Notes: generated by a model from the letters alone, not told the origin. Positions 51,469-61,654 are shown, counted from the stretch's first letter. The stretch: 64,000 bases of DNA from an uncultured Acidobacteriota bacterium (GCA_963828465.1 CAWHEU010000018.1:224001-288000), one strand, 5' to 3'. Program-made: numbers and translations.

Positions 51469-52029
51469 ATGACAACGCAGGGAGACCAGAGGTCGCGCTT
51501 CGAGGCGATCTGGCGCGAGCACCGGCATCGGGTGCTGGCCTATTGCCTGCGACGCGCTTCGTCGGCCGATGCGGAGGACGCTTGCGCCGAGACCTTTCTC
51601 GTCGTGTGGAGACGAATCGACGAGATACCGCCGGCCCCCAAGACCCTTCCTTGTCTCTATGGGATCGCCCGCAAATCGCTGTCGAATCAGACACGAGCCT
51701 TCTATCGAAGGGGGCGACTCCACACCAAGCTCACCAACCTCGGGATGGCGCCCACCGCCGACCCGATGCTTGTCGTCGTGCAGCGCGCCGACGACAAGGT
51801 CGTGACAGACGCGGTCCGACGGCTCAAGCCAGTCGACCGGGAGATAGTGATGCTCGACGTCTGGGAGGACCTGTCAAGGGCCGAGATCGCCGAGGTGCTG
51901 GGCATGACCAGAGCCGCCGTCGATCAGCGGATCCACCGCGCTTACCAAAAGCTCTCCCGGGCCTTGGAGCCCGTCCTGGAGATCAGTCCACTGAATTCCC
52001 CTCCGATCGCCGAGGAAGGAGTGACATGA
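51469..52029 (+). CDS. ECF (sigma-70 group 4) RNA polymerase sigma factor, copy 1
   Basis: DAEDACAETFLVVWRR (region 2) and LSRAEIAEVLGMT..AV..RIHRA (region 4). Confidence 0.92.
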   Translation: MTTQGDQRSRFEAIWREHRHRVLAYCLRRASSADAEDACAETFLVVWRRIDEIPPAPKTLPCLYGIARKSLSNQTRAFYRRGRLHTKLTNLGMAPTADPMLVVVQRADDKVVTDAVRRLKPVDREIVMLDVWEDLSRAEIAEVLGMTRAAVDQRIHRAYQKLSRALEPVLEISPLNSPPIAEEGVT

Positions 52030-52869
52030 CACACGATCAGATCCGCGAGATGGTCCGCCGGGTGAACCCGATCCCGGACCCGAGAACGCTCGTGGTCGAC
52101 GATGTGCCTGTCCTCACGACCCCTCTGGAGAGGAGGATGGACATGCAGACAGACAGTCGAGTGACCGACGGAGGGCTCTGGGCCGAATCGCCGGCGTGGT
52201 CCCCTGGTCGGGATCGCAACAGCGGCGGTGATCCTGATCGCAGGGCTGGTCTTTTTCCTGACCAGGGACAACACCCCGGTCGCCGAGCCGGCCCCGAATG
52301 CGACCCAGTTTCCCGCTGATGATTTGGACGCGCCACTTGCGCCCGGCGCCTACTTCGTGGACACCGACGGAAGCGAAGAGTCGTCGCTCGGAGGAACCTT
52401 CGTGATCGAAGGCGCGGGATGGTCATCGATGGGTGCAGGGCCAAAAAAGGCATTTGGCGAGGGCTATGTGGCGCTTTTGATCGTCGAGGTGGACCAGGTG
52501 TGGTCATCGGCGTGTGAGGCACCAGCGCCGATAGCAGCCGGGACGACTGCGGAGGATCTGGCAAACCAGTTCGCCGCGGCCGGCTTCACCATCCAAGAGG
52601 CCGTTTCTCCGGTGAGTGCCTTTGGCCAGTCGGGATACCACTTAGTGGTCGATGTCCCCGCCGAGTGCACTGGTACCGCCAACTTGGTCTGGGAAGGCCC
52701 CACGTTCGGGCGCTTCTACCACGACCCCGAAGGCCACGTCGTGGAGTACTGGTTCCTCGATGTGGATGACACCCCGGTCATGGTCGAGGCGAGCTGGGCC
52801 CCTTCGTCGTCCGAAGAGGAGGTGGCCGAGCTGCAGGACGTGCTCGACACCCTGGTGATCACTCCCTAG
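52026..52869 (+). CDS. Putative single-pass anti-sigma/sensor protein, copy 1 (frameshift near 52180)
   Basis: MTHDQIREMVRRVNP start, TM helix and extracellular domain ending DVLDTLVITP; full-length paralog at 53572. Confidence 0.75.
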
Positions 52870-52970
52870 TCGGGCAACACCAATTGATCTAGCCACGGAA
52901 CGGGTCGGCACACGCCGACCCGTTCCTCGTTGAAATCCCGCACACAAGGCATAGGGGTGAAGATTCGAAC

Positions 52971-53003
52971 AGAATCCTGTCAACGGGGTGTCGTATCCGG
53001 ACA
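52971..53003 (+). promoter_or_regulatory. Candidate ECF promoter, copy 2
   Basis: AGAATC-NN-GTCA-N15-CGGACA just upstream of the second sigma start. Confidence 0.55.
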
Positions 53004-53014
53004 GGAACTGATTG

Positions 53015-53575
53015 ATGACGACGACGGTGGACATGGAGCGGAGGGCTCGCTTCGAAGCGATTTGGGCCGAGCACTCGCTGAAAGTGCGCGCCTACTGCAT
53101 TCGAAGAGTCGCATCACACGACGCCGACGACGTCGCTGCCGAGATATTCCTGGTGGTATGGCGACGCATCGACGAGATTCCGCCGCCGCCCAAGACCCTC
53201 CTCTACATCTACGGCATCGCGGGCAAGGTGGTCTCCAATCACACCCGATCTTTTCGTCGTAGATCACGTCTCGACGAGAAGCTGCGCAACCTGGGCGTTG
53301 CTCCCCCCGTCGACCCGGCGTTCCTCGTCGTCCAGAGCTCCGACGACGCCGAAGTCGCAGCGGCAGTTCGGAACCTGAGCCGACGAGACCGCGAGATCGT
53401 GATGCTCTACGCCTGGGAGGATCTGCCGCGGAACGACATCGCCGAGATCATGGGCATGAGCAGGTCCGCGGTCGACCAGAGAATCCACCGTTCCTATCAG
53501 AGACTCGCTCGGGCTCTCCAGCCCCTCATCAATCCGACCCCTTCCCCTCCGGTCGCCGAGGAAGGAGCGACATGA
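53015..53575 (+). CDS. ECF sigma factor, copy 2
   Basis: DADDVAAEIFLVVWRR and IAEIMGMSRSAVDQRIHRS motifs; clear paralog of copy 1. Confidence 0.92.
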   Translation: MTTTVDMERRARFEAIWAEHSLKVRAYCIRRVASHDADDVAAEIFLVVWRRIDEIPPPPKTLLYIYGIAGKVVSNHTRSFRRRSRLDEKLRNLGVAPPVDPAFLVVQSSDDAEVAAAVRNLSRRDREIVMLYAWEDLPRNDIAEIMGMSRSAVDQRIHRSYQRLARALQPLINPTPSPPVAEEGAT

Positions 53576-54420
53576 CACACGATCAGATCGATCGCATCGT
53601 CCGCAGGGCAAATCCGCTGTCGGACCCGACTGCCCTCGAGCCGGTGGATGTGCCTGTCCTCACGACACCTCTCGAGAGGGGGCTGGAAATGCAGATCGAT
53701 GACAGACCCGGGACTGAGGTCCCAGCGGACCGGAATCGCCGGCGTGGTCCCCTGGTCGGGATCGCGACGGCGGCAGTGATCCTGATCGCAGGGCTCGTCT
53801 TGTTCCTAACCCGGGACAACACCCCCGTGGCCGAGCCGGCCCCGAATGCCACTGAACTGACGAGCGAGTTTCAGCCCCTCGCCCCAGGCGCCTACTACGC
53901 CGATACCGACGGCAACGAGGAGACGGCGACTCGTGGCACCTTCGTCATCGAAGGTGACGGGTGGACGGACGTGTTTTCATCCGGGGCGCTAAAGGAGGGT
54001 GGCGGCGAGCACGTTGTTGCGCTTTTGGTCGTCGAGGTCGACGACGTGTGGTCATCGGTATGTGAGTCGACCGCTCCGGTGGCGGCGGGGACGACGGCGG
54101 CCGATCTGGCCAACCAGTTCACCACCAATGGATTGACGGTCCGGGAGGCGTTGGCGCCGGTCAATGCCTTCGGCCACAACGGGTACCACCTGGTCGGAGA
54201 GGTGCCTGCCGGGTGCGGCGGTTCCGGCAAACCGGTCTGGACGGGCCCCGTTTTCGCCCACGAGCGTACGTACGACTCAGGCGATATGGTGGAATACTGG
54301 TTCCTCGATGTGGAGGGCACCCCGGTCATGATCGAGGTGAGTTGGGCGCCTGGATCGTCACCGGAGGAGGACGTGATCGAGTTGCAGGACGTTCTCGACA
54401 CCCTGGTGATCACTCCCTAG
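53572..54420 (+). CDS. Putative single-pass anti-sigma/sensor protein, copy 2
   Basis: ATGA overlap with the sigma gene; short cytoplasmic N-terminus, RRR plus TM helix, extracellular domain with two Cys. Confidence 0.8.
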   Translation: MTHDQIDRIVRRANPLSDPTALEPVDVPVLTTPLERGLEMQIDDRPGTEVPADRNRRRGPLVGIATAAVILIAGLVLFLTRDNTPVAEPAPNATELTSEFQPLAPGAYYADTDGNEETATRGTFVIEGDGWTDVFSSGALKEGGGEHVVALLVVEVDDVWSSVCESTAPVAAGTTAADLANQFTTNGLTVREALAPVNAFGHNGYHLVGEVPAGCGGSGKPVWTGPVFAHERTYDSGDMVEYWFLDVEGTPVMIEVSWAPGSSPEEDVIELQDVLDTLVITP

Positions 54421-54429
54421 TCGGTATCT

Positions 54430-54879
54430 TCAGCCACCGGCCCCGGGCGGCTCTCGTCGAGTCGTCAGCGGGCCGGTGGTGCCCGGGGTCTCGTAGTCCC
54501 CTATCCAGTGCTCCTCCCACGCCTGGTCGTATTGATCCCCGTTACACCCGGGGTGATAGACGGCGACTAGCTCTCGGGTGATCTGCTCCCGATGGCGGGC
54601 ATTGGCGCCGGGGGCCTCGTAGGTGCCGATGTAGAGATCGAACCGCTTGTTGTCGACCCGGCTCAACCAGCATGACGCCGCCGAATGATCGAAGGGGAGC
54701 CGTTCCGCAGAGAGATCGTCGGAATGGCCCACGAACAGCACCGCATATTCTTCCGGCTTGGTGCCGGGGTCGGGCTTGTACATCACCGCGAAAACGGCGG
54801 CTCGCTGAGGTGGGGTCCATCCCGCCAGCAGTCTCGGGCCCTCGAAGGGATACCCGGCGAGCGATCCGAGGCGGATCAC
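54430..54879 (-). CDS. Hypothetical protein, degenerate GIY-YIG-like
   Basis: Spacing of AVFAVMY...LFVGHSDDL..R...H and ELVAVYHPGCN resembles GIY-YIG; last gene of the cox accessory operon. Confidence 0.6.
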   Translation of the reverse strand: MIRLGSLAGYPFEGPRLLAGWTPPQRAAVFAVMYKPDPGTKPEEYAVLFVGHSDDLSAERLPFDHSAASCWLSRVDNKRFDLYIGTYEAPGANARHREQITRELVAVYHPGCNGDQYDQAWEEHWIGDYETPGTTGPLTTRREPPGAGG

Positions 54880-55169
54880 TCCTCGACCATGTCGTAGAAC
54901 ATCTCTTCGTCCTCGGCGATGGTCTCCACGTTCACCACCGGCCAGGACGGGAGGCCCGACTTTTCCACGGCCTTGGCCAGCACCGCCATCGCCAGCTCCA
55001 CGGCGCGATCGCTGTGTTCGGCTTCCACCACGACCTGGACCCCGTATCCGTAGGTACCCATTCCCGAAGCGATCCCTTCGCTGGTGGCCACTGCGTCTGC
55101 GAGCTCGACAACCTCGTCTAGCTCGATCACACGGTCACCCTCGGTCTGGAGGGAGACACTCCACCTCAA
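54876..55169 (-). CDS. Hypothetical acidic protein (possible ferredoxin-like fold)
   Basis: Lies directly after coxE and overlaps the next gene by 4 nt; alternating strand/helix pattern. Confidence 0.7.
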   Translation of the reverse strand: MRWSVSLQTEGDRVIELDEVVELADAVATSEGIASGMGTYGYGVQVVVEAEHSDRAVELAMAVLAKAVEKSGLPSWPVVNVETIAEDEEMFYDMVEE

Positions 55170-55173
55170 GGGC

Positions 55174-56341
55174 TCACCTCAGCTCCGGCAGCCGCTCGGC
55201 CAGCTCTTCGAGGCTGGCGAGATCGTGGCCGGAAAGGATCAAGTCGACGAAAGGAGCGGCCACCATCATTCCGAGTGTCGTCGGTATGAACTCCGGGTCG
55301 TCGCCCTTGTGCGGGTTCATCCACACCACCTTGTGGCAGAGCCGGGAAAGCCGCTCCATCGCGGCGGCCAGCAAGGCCGGGTCACCGCGATCGAGGCCGT
55401 CCGAGCAGATGACGACGATCGCGCCCCGGCTCATCCCCCGGCGACCCCATTGGCGGACGAACGTGTCGATGGCATGCCCGATGCGAGTGCCACCCTCCCA
55501 GTCGAAGACCGATCTCGCCGCTTCGTCCAGAGCGTCGTCGGGGCGTCGGCGCTCCAGGGCCCGAGTGATCCGTGTGAGTCGTGTGCCGAAGCAGAACACC
55601 TCCACCCTGGTGGCCGCTCGCCGGGTCGAATAGGCGAACTGGAGGAGATTGCGGGAGTAGTCGGCCATCGAGCCCGAGACGTCGAGGATGAGGACGAGCG
55701 GGCGCATCTTGAGTCGCCGCTGCCGCCAGAACAGCTCCGAAGGCTCGCCGTGGGTCCGCATCGTGGTCCGGACGGTGCGGCGCAGATCGGGTCGGCTCCC
55801 TGCCCGTGACTGTGCCGTGCGCCGAGAACGGCGGCGGGGAGGGATCACCTTCACCTGATTGCATGATGCGGCGCAAGGCGGCGAGCTCTTCGTCGGTACA
55901 GGCCGAAAACGCTTTGTTCCGCCAGATCTCCATGTCGGAGGCCATCAACCCGAGGCGCGCCTCCTCTTCCTTCCCGGGCTGCGCCGGCTCTGCAAACGGA
56001 ACCTCGATCACCGACTGGTTCTCGATCTGAGACTGCTTCAGGACCGCTCGCGTTGGCTCCTGCAGGTCGTCGGGATAGTCGAGGAAGTAGGTGCGGAACA
56101 CCCGGTCATAAATGGGGATGTGATCGTGCCGCGCCACCAGCGAGGTTCGGCCGGCCCAATAGAGGTCGAGCACGTCGCCCGGGTCGAGTAATGCCATCGC
56201 GGCGCAATAGGTCATCAGATCCCCTGATCCGATCGGGACACCGGCAGCACGAAGCTGATCCCCGAAGCCGACGAGCATCCCGATGAATGATGTCCGGTCG
56301 GTCGGGCCGGCCTCATCGACCCCGATCGAGCCGTCAGCCAT
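55174..56341 (-). CDS. coxE: CoxE-like VWA domain protein (frameshift near 55857)
   Basis: DLRRTVR, LILDVSGSM, GGTRIG, ICSDGLD and WMNPH motifs. Confidence 0.88.
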
Positions 56342-57221
56342 CGGCGACGAGCTCCTCGACATGGTCGAGGACCGTTTCCAGGTCATCGCGCTCCTTGACC
56401 ACGGCGCCGAGGGTGTCTTGCACCGTTTCGGCATCGAGGTCTTCCGCGCCAAGCACATTCAGCGTTGCGACCCAGTCGAGGGTCTCCGCGACACCCGGCG
56501 GCTTGGCCAGATCCAGCTGGCGGAGACGCCCCACCGCCGCCACGACCTTGCGCGCCAGCGTTTCGGTGGCTCCCGGGGCCCGGACCAGGATGATCTCCAC
56601 CTCCCGCTCGGCGCTCGGGTACCCGACCCAGTGGTAGAGACACCGTCTCTTCAATGCATCGTGAAGCTCACGGGTGCGATTCGAGGTGAGGATGACGAGT
56701 GGCGGGGCCACTGCGGAGATGGTGCCGATCTCGGGGATGGTGATCTGATAGTCGGACAGCAGCTCGAGGAGGAAGGCCTCGAACTCGTCGTCGGCCCGAT
56801 CGATCTCGTCGATGAGGAGGACCGCCCGATCACCTTCCTTGACCGCCGTCAGCAACGGGCGCTCGAGCAGGAACTTGGGGCCGAAGAGCTTGTCGACGTG
56901 GTCTTCGTCGGCGAGGTCGCGCTCCGACAGGGCCCTGATCTGGAGCATTTGACGGGCGTAGTCCCACTCGTAGAGAGCCTGATTGGTGTCTATCCCCTCG
57001 TAGCACTGAAGTCGGATCAATCGGCGCTGGAGAACTGTTGCGAGGACCTTGGCCAACTCCGTCTTGCCCACCCCAACCTCACCTTCGAGGAGGAGCGGAC
57101 GACCCAGAGTCAATGCGACGTAGACGGCGGTCCCTAATCCTCGATCTGCCAGGTAGAGACCTTCGCCGAGACGTGCGATCACCTCATCGACGCTGCCGGG
57201 AGGTGTCGGGCTATTGCTCAC
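56334..57221 (-). CDS. coxD: CoxD-like MoxR AAA+ ATPase
   Basis: LEGEVGVGKT, RLQCYEG, LIDEIDRADDEFEA and SNRTRELHDALKRRC motifs. Confidence 0.92.
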   Translation of the reverse strand: MSNSPTPPGSVDEVIARLGEGLYLADRGLGTAVYVALTLGRPLLLEGEVGVGKTELAKVLATVLQRRLIRLQCYEGIDTNQALYEWDYARQMLQIRALSERDLADEDHVDKLFGPKFLLERPLLTAVKEGDRAVLLIDEIDRADDEFEAFLLELLSDYQITIPEIGTISAVAPPLVILTSNRTRELHDALKRRCLYHWVGYPSAEREVEIILVRAPGATETLARKVVAAVGRLRQLDLAKPPGVAETLDWVATLNVLGAEDLDAETVQDTLGAVVKERDDLETVLDHVEELVADG

Positions 57222-57264
57222 GATGTGACCCCGTGTGCGTGGGTGGTCGTCGATGCGCCCAGGG

Positions 57265-57516
57265 CTATTCGCCCTTACCGAGGATCAAGTCCCGGACACT
57301 CGCCCCGGATGTCGACAACTTCCCCTCCCGCGCCAGCTTGGCCCTCCAGGCGGCGCCCAGGTCCGTGCCAGGCTCGGCGTAGCCGTCGAAGGTCACGTCT
57401 TTCATGTTGCGACAGGCCTTGGTCGGGCTGCAGTCCTCGTCGAGCGGGTCATGGTCGTGACTGCTGATCCAGATCGACTTCAAGGCGTCTGCAGTGGTCT
57501 CGTGCTGGGCGGTCAT
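57265..57516 (-). CDS. Small hypothetical protein with HDHD and CxxxxxC
   Basis: ATG with an upstream GGGAGA; lies between the xdhC-like gene and coxD on the same strand. Confidence 0.55.
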   Translation of the reverse strand: MTAQHETTADALKSIWISSHDHDPLDEDCSPTKACRNMKDVTFDGYAEPGTDLGAAWRAKLAREGKLSTSGASVRDLILGKGE

Positions 57517-57591
57517 CCAGTTCTCCCGGGAGGTTCTCGCCTGTGATCGTGAACCATCGAGTGTAGTGGAGGCCCTCCGGGTAGCCGAGGG

Positions 57592-58515
57592 CTAACCGCC
57601 CGAAACGGCATGGTCACCGGCATTTTCGGCGATTGCCTCAGCCAGGATCGAGACCGCTATCTCGGCCGGTGTGTCGGCGCCGATGTCGAGGCCGGCCGGG
57701 CCATGGATTCGGGTGAGATCCGTCACGCCCCGATAGGCGAGCCAGTCGGCCCTGTTCTCCTGCATTCGGCGCGCGCCGAGCGCCCCGATGTAGCCCACGT
57801 CGCTCTCCAGTGCAGCCATGAGTGCGGTCCCCGCGAGCTCCAGGTCATGCGCGGCCACGACAACCTTGTCCTGGCCGGACAGCGTGGCGATCATCCCGGT
57901 CGCCGAGCCGGCATCGGCGGCAACCCGGGCATTCCAGCCGATCCGCGACGCGAGCTCGACCAGGGCTCCGGCCACGTCGGTATCCCCCACCACGACCAGC
58001 TGTGGCACGGCCCTGAACACCGAGACCACCTGATCTTCAGTGACTTCCGACCCGCTCTCTCCGGCGGCGAAGAGACGCTCGACGGTCTCCCCGCCGTCCG
58101 CGGCGGTGCCCGTCGTATAGAGGCTGACGTGGGCCACATCATCGCCGTCGATTGTGCACACGAGACCGATCGGCTCCCTGGCGACCGCCAGATCCCAGAG
58201 CCCTTCGGGAAGAGTGTCGGCCGGCACGAGGAGGCATCTCGCGGAGCCGGAGGCGGGCAAGCCCGCAATCAAGGCGTCGATCTCGCTGACCTCGATGTCC
58301 ATCAACCGACCGACGTCCCGACGACCCGCCTGGTCGGCCAGCTGCCCGTCGAGGGCGCCGCCCGCCATTGACCCGATTCGGCCACCGCCGGGGGTGAACA
58401 CGACGGCGTCGGACCAATCCGCGACAGGCAATCCGTCGGCTTGGACGAGCCACGCCACGTCGGCGCGGGTTCCCGAGCGCAAACAAGCGAGAACCGTGAG
58501 CGCCACCCCGTACAC
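57592..58515 (-). CDS. XdhC/CoxI family protein
   Basis: YIGALGARR and IHGPAGLDIGADTPAEIAVSILAE motifs. Confidence 0.88.
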   Translation of the reverse strand: MYGVALTVLACLRSGTRADVAWLVQADGLPVADWSDAVVFTPGGGRIGSMAGGALDGQLADQAGRRDVGRLMDIEVSEIDALIAGLPASGSARCLLVPADTLPEGLWDLAVAREPIGLVCTIDGDDVAHVSLYTTGTAADGGETVERLFAAGESGSEVTEDQVVSVFRAVPQLVVVGDTDVAGALVELASRIGWNARVAADAGSATGMIATLSGQDKVVVAAHDLELAGTALMAALESDVGYIGALGARRMQENRADWLAYRGVTDLTRIHGPAGLDIGADTPAEIAVSILAEAIAENAGDHAVSGG

Positions 58516-58550
58516 AAACCGATTGTACGGCGCCGTTTAGGCTTCCTCCT
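58516..58550. promoter_or_regulatory. Back-to-back leaderless promoters
   Basis: 35-bp divergent spacer with TACAAT (minus strand) 6 nt before GTG 58515 and TAGGCT (plus strand) 7 nt before GTG 58551; no RBS. Confidence 0.6.
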
Positions 58551-59429
58551 GTGATCCCGGCCACCATCGGCGAGCTCGAGAAGCGTCTCGACGACCAGGA
58601 CTACTTCGCCGATGAGAGCCTCGTCGTCGCCATCCACCTCGCCGTACAACTGGGGAAACCGCTCTTCCTCGAGGGGGAAGCGGGAGTCGGCAAGACGGAG
58701 GTGGCCAAGGTGCTGGCGGCAATGGGAGAGGCGGAGCTCATCCGGCTCCAGTGCTACGAGGGACTCGACGTGGGACAGGCCCTCTATGAGTGGGACTACG
58801 CCCGCCAGATGATGGCGATCCGCCTGCTGGAGGCAAGGGGTGAGGGTGCCAATGCCACGCCCAACGACATCATGAGTCGGGACTATCTCATCGCCCGGCC
58901 CCTGCTGCAGGCAATCGAGGCCAGCACCGATGGGCACCGGCCGGTGCTGCTGATCGACGAACTGGATCGGGCGGACGAGGAGTTCGAGGCATTCCTCCTC
59001 GAGTTGCTTTCCGATTTTCAGATAACGATCCCCGAGATCGGAACCATCAAGGCGTCGAACAGGCCGATCGTGATACTCACCTCGAACCGGACGAGGGAGA
59101 TCCACGACGCACTGAAACGTCGCTGTGTCTATCACTGGATCGACTATCCGACCCCTGCCAAAGAGGCCGAGATCATCATGCGCAAGGTGCCCGAGCTCGA
59201 AGGCCATCTGGCGGCATCCCTGGCCGAAGCGATGAGAAGGCTGAGGGAGATGGAGCTGTTCAAGCCGCCGGGAGTCGCCGAGACGCTCGACTGGGCAGAG
59301 TCGCTTCGTTTGTTACAGGCAGGCGAACTGTCACCAGCGACGATCGAGAGCACCATCGGCGTCGTGCTCAAGTACAAGGACGACATCGATATGGTCCGAT
59401 CCGCCGGAGTCGACAGCCTGGTGGGATGA
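58551..59429 (+). CDS. coxD: Second CoxD-like MoxR AAA+ ATPase
   Basis: LEGEAGVGKT, RLQCYEGLD, DELDRADEEFEA and HDALKRRC motifs. Confidence 0.92.
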   Translation: MIPATIGELEKRLDDQDYFADESLVVAIHLAVQLGKPLFLEGEAGVGKTEVAKVLAAMGEAELIRLQCYEGLDVGQALYEWDYARQMMAIRLLEARGEGANATPNDIMSRDYLIARPLLQAIEASTDGHRPVLLIDELDRADEEFEAFLLELLSDFQITIPEIGTIKASNRPIVILTSNRTREIHDALKRRCVYHWIDYPTPAKEAEIIMRKVPELEGHLAASLAEAMRRLREMELFKPPGVAETLDWAESLRLLQAGELSPATIESTIGVVLKYKDDIDMVRSAGVDSLVG

Positions 59430-60541
59430 GCCGGCCCGGACTGATCGATCAGCTGAGCCTTTTCTCAGCAGCCTTGCGCAACCGGGGCCTCACGGTCACC
59501 GCGGATCAGACCACCGACATGGCCCGCGCCCTCTCCATGGTCGATCTCAGTCGCCGGTCCCAGGCAGAGGCGGCATTGCGGTCCCTCACGGTCACCGACC
59601 CCGATCAGATCCCGCTGTTCGACCAAGAGTTCGAGATCTTCTTCGGCCGCTTCCCTCCTCCGGAATGGGTCGATCGAGGCAACAGCGAGCCCGAAGCGGA
59701 CGACGCCAGCTATGCAATCCACGGCCTGGCCGGTTCGACAGTGGCTGATGTCAAAGGACAGGGGGGTGCCTCGGCGGTAGAGAGGATCTCCAGTCGCGAC
59801 TTCGCCGATCTCGACGACGACGACCTCCAGGAGGCGCGGCGTCTAGTTATGACGATGATGTGGCACCCCACCGACTACAAGACCCGGCGGTGGGCGCCAG
59901 GCGACGGCAGCAGGCCCGACCTGCGACGGACCCTGCGCGAAGCAGTGGGCCCGACCGGGGACATGATGGCGATGAGCTGGAAGCGACGCCGGAGAAAGGA
60001 GCGTCCTCTCATCATCATCGCCGACATCTCCGGGTCGATGGAGAAGTACGCCGACATCTTCCTCGTCTTCGCCCATGCCGCCCAGCGACGCTTGCGCGAG
60101 GTCGAGATCTTCACCTTCTCGACCCACCTCAGCCGCATCACCGAGGACATGCGGCGCCGGGACACCAAGACCGCGCTCGCCCGGGTCGCCGATCGCGTGA
60201 CGGACTGGTCGGGAGGCACCCAGATCGGGGATGCCCTCGCCGAGTGGAATCGCCGGTGGAGCCGGCGGCTGGCCAGGGGGGGACCGGTCGTGATGATCCT
60301 CTCCGACGGATGGGATTGCGGCGACCCTGATGTTCTCTCGACAGAGATGGCCCGTCTGGCCCGATCAGTGCATCAGGTGATATGGCTCAACCCGCTGGCT
60401 GCCCGGGCTTCGTATCAGCCGCTGACACGGGGCATGCAGGCGGTCATGCCGAACGTCGATCAGCTGTTGCCGGCCGCTAGCGTCAGCGACTTCCGCGGGG
60501 TGGTCAAGGTGCTCGATTCAGTGGCTGGAGCCAGGCAATGA
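59426..60541 (+). CDS. coxE: Second CoxE-like VWA protein
   Basis: [20 protein letters not shown] and WLNPL motifs. Confidence 0.9.
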   Translation: MSRPGLIDQLSLFSAALRNRGLTVTADQTTDMARALSMVDLSRRSQAEAALRSLTVTDPDQIPLFDQEFEIFFGRFPPPEWVDRGNSEPEADDASYAIHGLAGSTVADVKGQGGASAVERISSRDFADLDDDDLQEARRLVMTMMWHPTDYKTRRWAPGDGSRPDLRRTLREAVGPTGDMMAMSWKRRRRKERPLIIIADISGSMEKYADIFLVFAHAAQRRLREVEIFTFSTHLSRITEDMRRRDTKTALARVADRVTDWSGGTQIGDALAEWNRRWSRRLARGGPVVMILSDGWDCGDPDVLSTEMARLARSVHQVIWLNPLAARASYQPLTRGMQAVMPNVDQLLPAASVSDFRGVVKVLDSVAGARQ

Positions 60542-60846
60542 GAAACCAGATCGAAGTTCGCAACCGGTGGGCAGGAGAGGGGAAGAAGGTTGCCGTCGCT
60601 ACCGTGATCCGCGTCCATGGCAGCGCCCCAAGGCCGGAGGGATCCAAGTTCCTCGTCTCGGACGCCGGAGACATGGAGGGATCAGTCAGCGGAGGGTGCG
60701 TCGAGAACGACGTGTTCCTCCATGCCCAGGAAGTGATCGAGACAGGAAAACCAAAGACAGTCACCTACGGGATCGCCGACGACGATGCCTTCGAGGTCGG
60801 CATGGCCTGCGGCGGCACCATCGACGTCTTCATCGAACCGTGGTGA
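60538..60846 (+). CDS. XdhC/CoxI N-terminal domain protein
   Basis: [17 protein letters not shown] and VGMACGGTI motifs. Confidence 0.9.
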   Translation: MRNQIEVRNRWAGEGKKVAVATVIRVHGSAPRPEGSKFLVSDAGDMEGSVSGGCVENDVFLHAQEVIETGKPKTVTYGIADDDAFEVGMACGGTIDVFIEPW

Positions 60847-61613
60847 GCCCGCTCGAGGCGGTTCAGGGCATCCTCGATCGCGAGGAGTACGGGTCGGTGA
60901 TCACCTTCGTCGACGGGCCTGACCTCGGTGCCAAAGTCGTCCTCGACTCAGCCGGGGAGGCCGTGGCCGGCTCCCTGCCGACCGACGTCGCGGCAGATGT
61001 GACCGCAGACGCCCTGGTGCTGATGGACCACGAGCAGCACCGTGCCATGGAGTACCCGCCCCATGAGGTGTTCATCGAGTCGCTGGCGCCGCCCCAGGAG
61101 ATGCTCATCGTCGGCGCGGTTCACATCGGTCAGGCGTTGGCCAGCTTCGCCGGCCAGATGGGGTACAGGGTGACGGTGATCGACTCCAGGGGCGCCTTTG
61201 CCACGCCAGAGCGTTTCCCCACGGCGCGAGTCCTCGTCGGATGGCCGGAGAACGTCATCGACCAAGTCGGCCTCGATCGGCGAACGTGGGTGGTGATCCT
61301 CTCCCACGACCAGCGTCATGAGGACCCGATACTGGAAGCTGCCCTGAAAAGCCCGGTGCGTTATATCGGGTGCATGGGGAGCCGACGAACCCAGGATCTA
61401 AGAGTCGGGAGGTTGCGGGAGATGGGATTCTCCGACGACGATATCGCCCGGGTACGGGGCCCGGTAGGACTCGACATCGGCGCCGAGAGCCCGCAGGAAG
61501 TGGCGGTCTCCATCCTGGCCGAGATGACCATGGTTCGCTACGGGCATGGCTCCGGTCTCTCGCTGCATGGGATCCAGGGAAGGGTCCACAAGCAGCGTCC
61601 CGAGGACGATTAG
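60843..61613 (+). CDS. XdhC C-terminal (Rossmann) domain protein
   Basis: [17 protein letters not shown] and [19 protein letters not shown] motifs; GTGA overlap with the preceding gene. Confidence 0.9.
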   Translation: MSPLEAVQGILDREEYGSVITFVDGPDLGAKVVLDSAGEAVAGSLPTDVAADVTADALVLMDHEQHRAMEYPPHEVFIESLAPPQEMLIVGAVHIGQALASFAGQMGYRVTVIDSRGAFATPERFPTARVLVGWPENVIDQVGLDRRTWVVILSHDQRHEDPILEAALKSPVRYIGCMGSRRTQDLRVGRLREMGFSDDDIARVRGPVGLDIGAESPQEVAVSILAEMTMVRYGHGSGLSLHGIQGRVHKQRPEDD

Positions 61614-61654
61614 GCCGACTGGAGCCGTCCTTTCGCCGAATACCCTGTGCCTCT

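Noticed and set aside
60538-61613. Split XdhC as another frameshift error
   Set aside because: There is a clean stop/start GTGA overlap, and two-gene XdhC arrangements are common, so it is treated as genuine.
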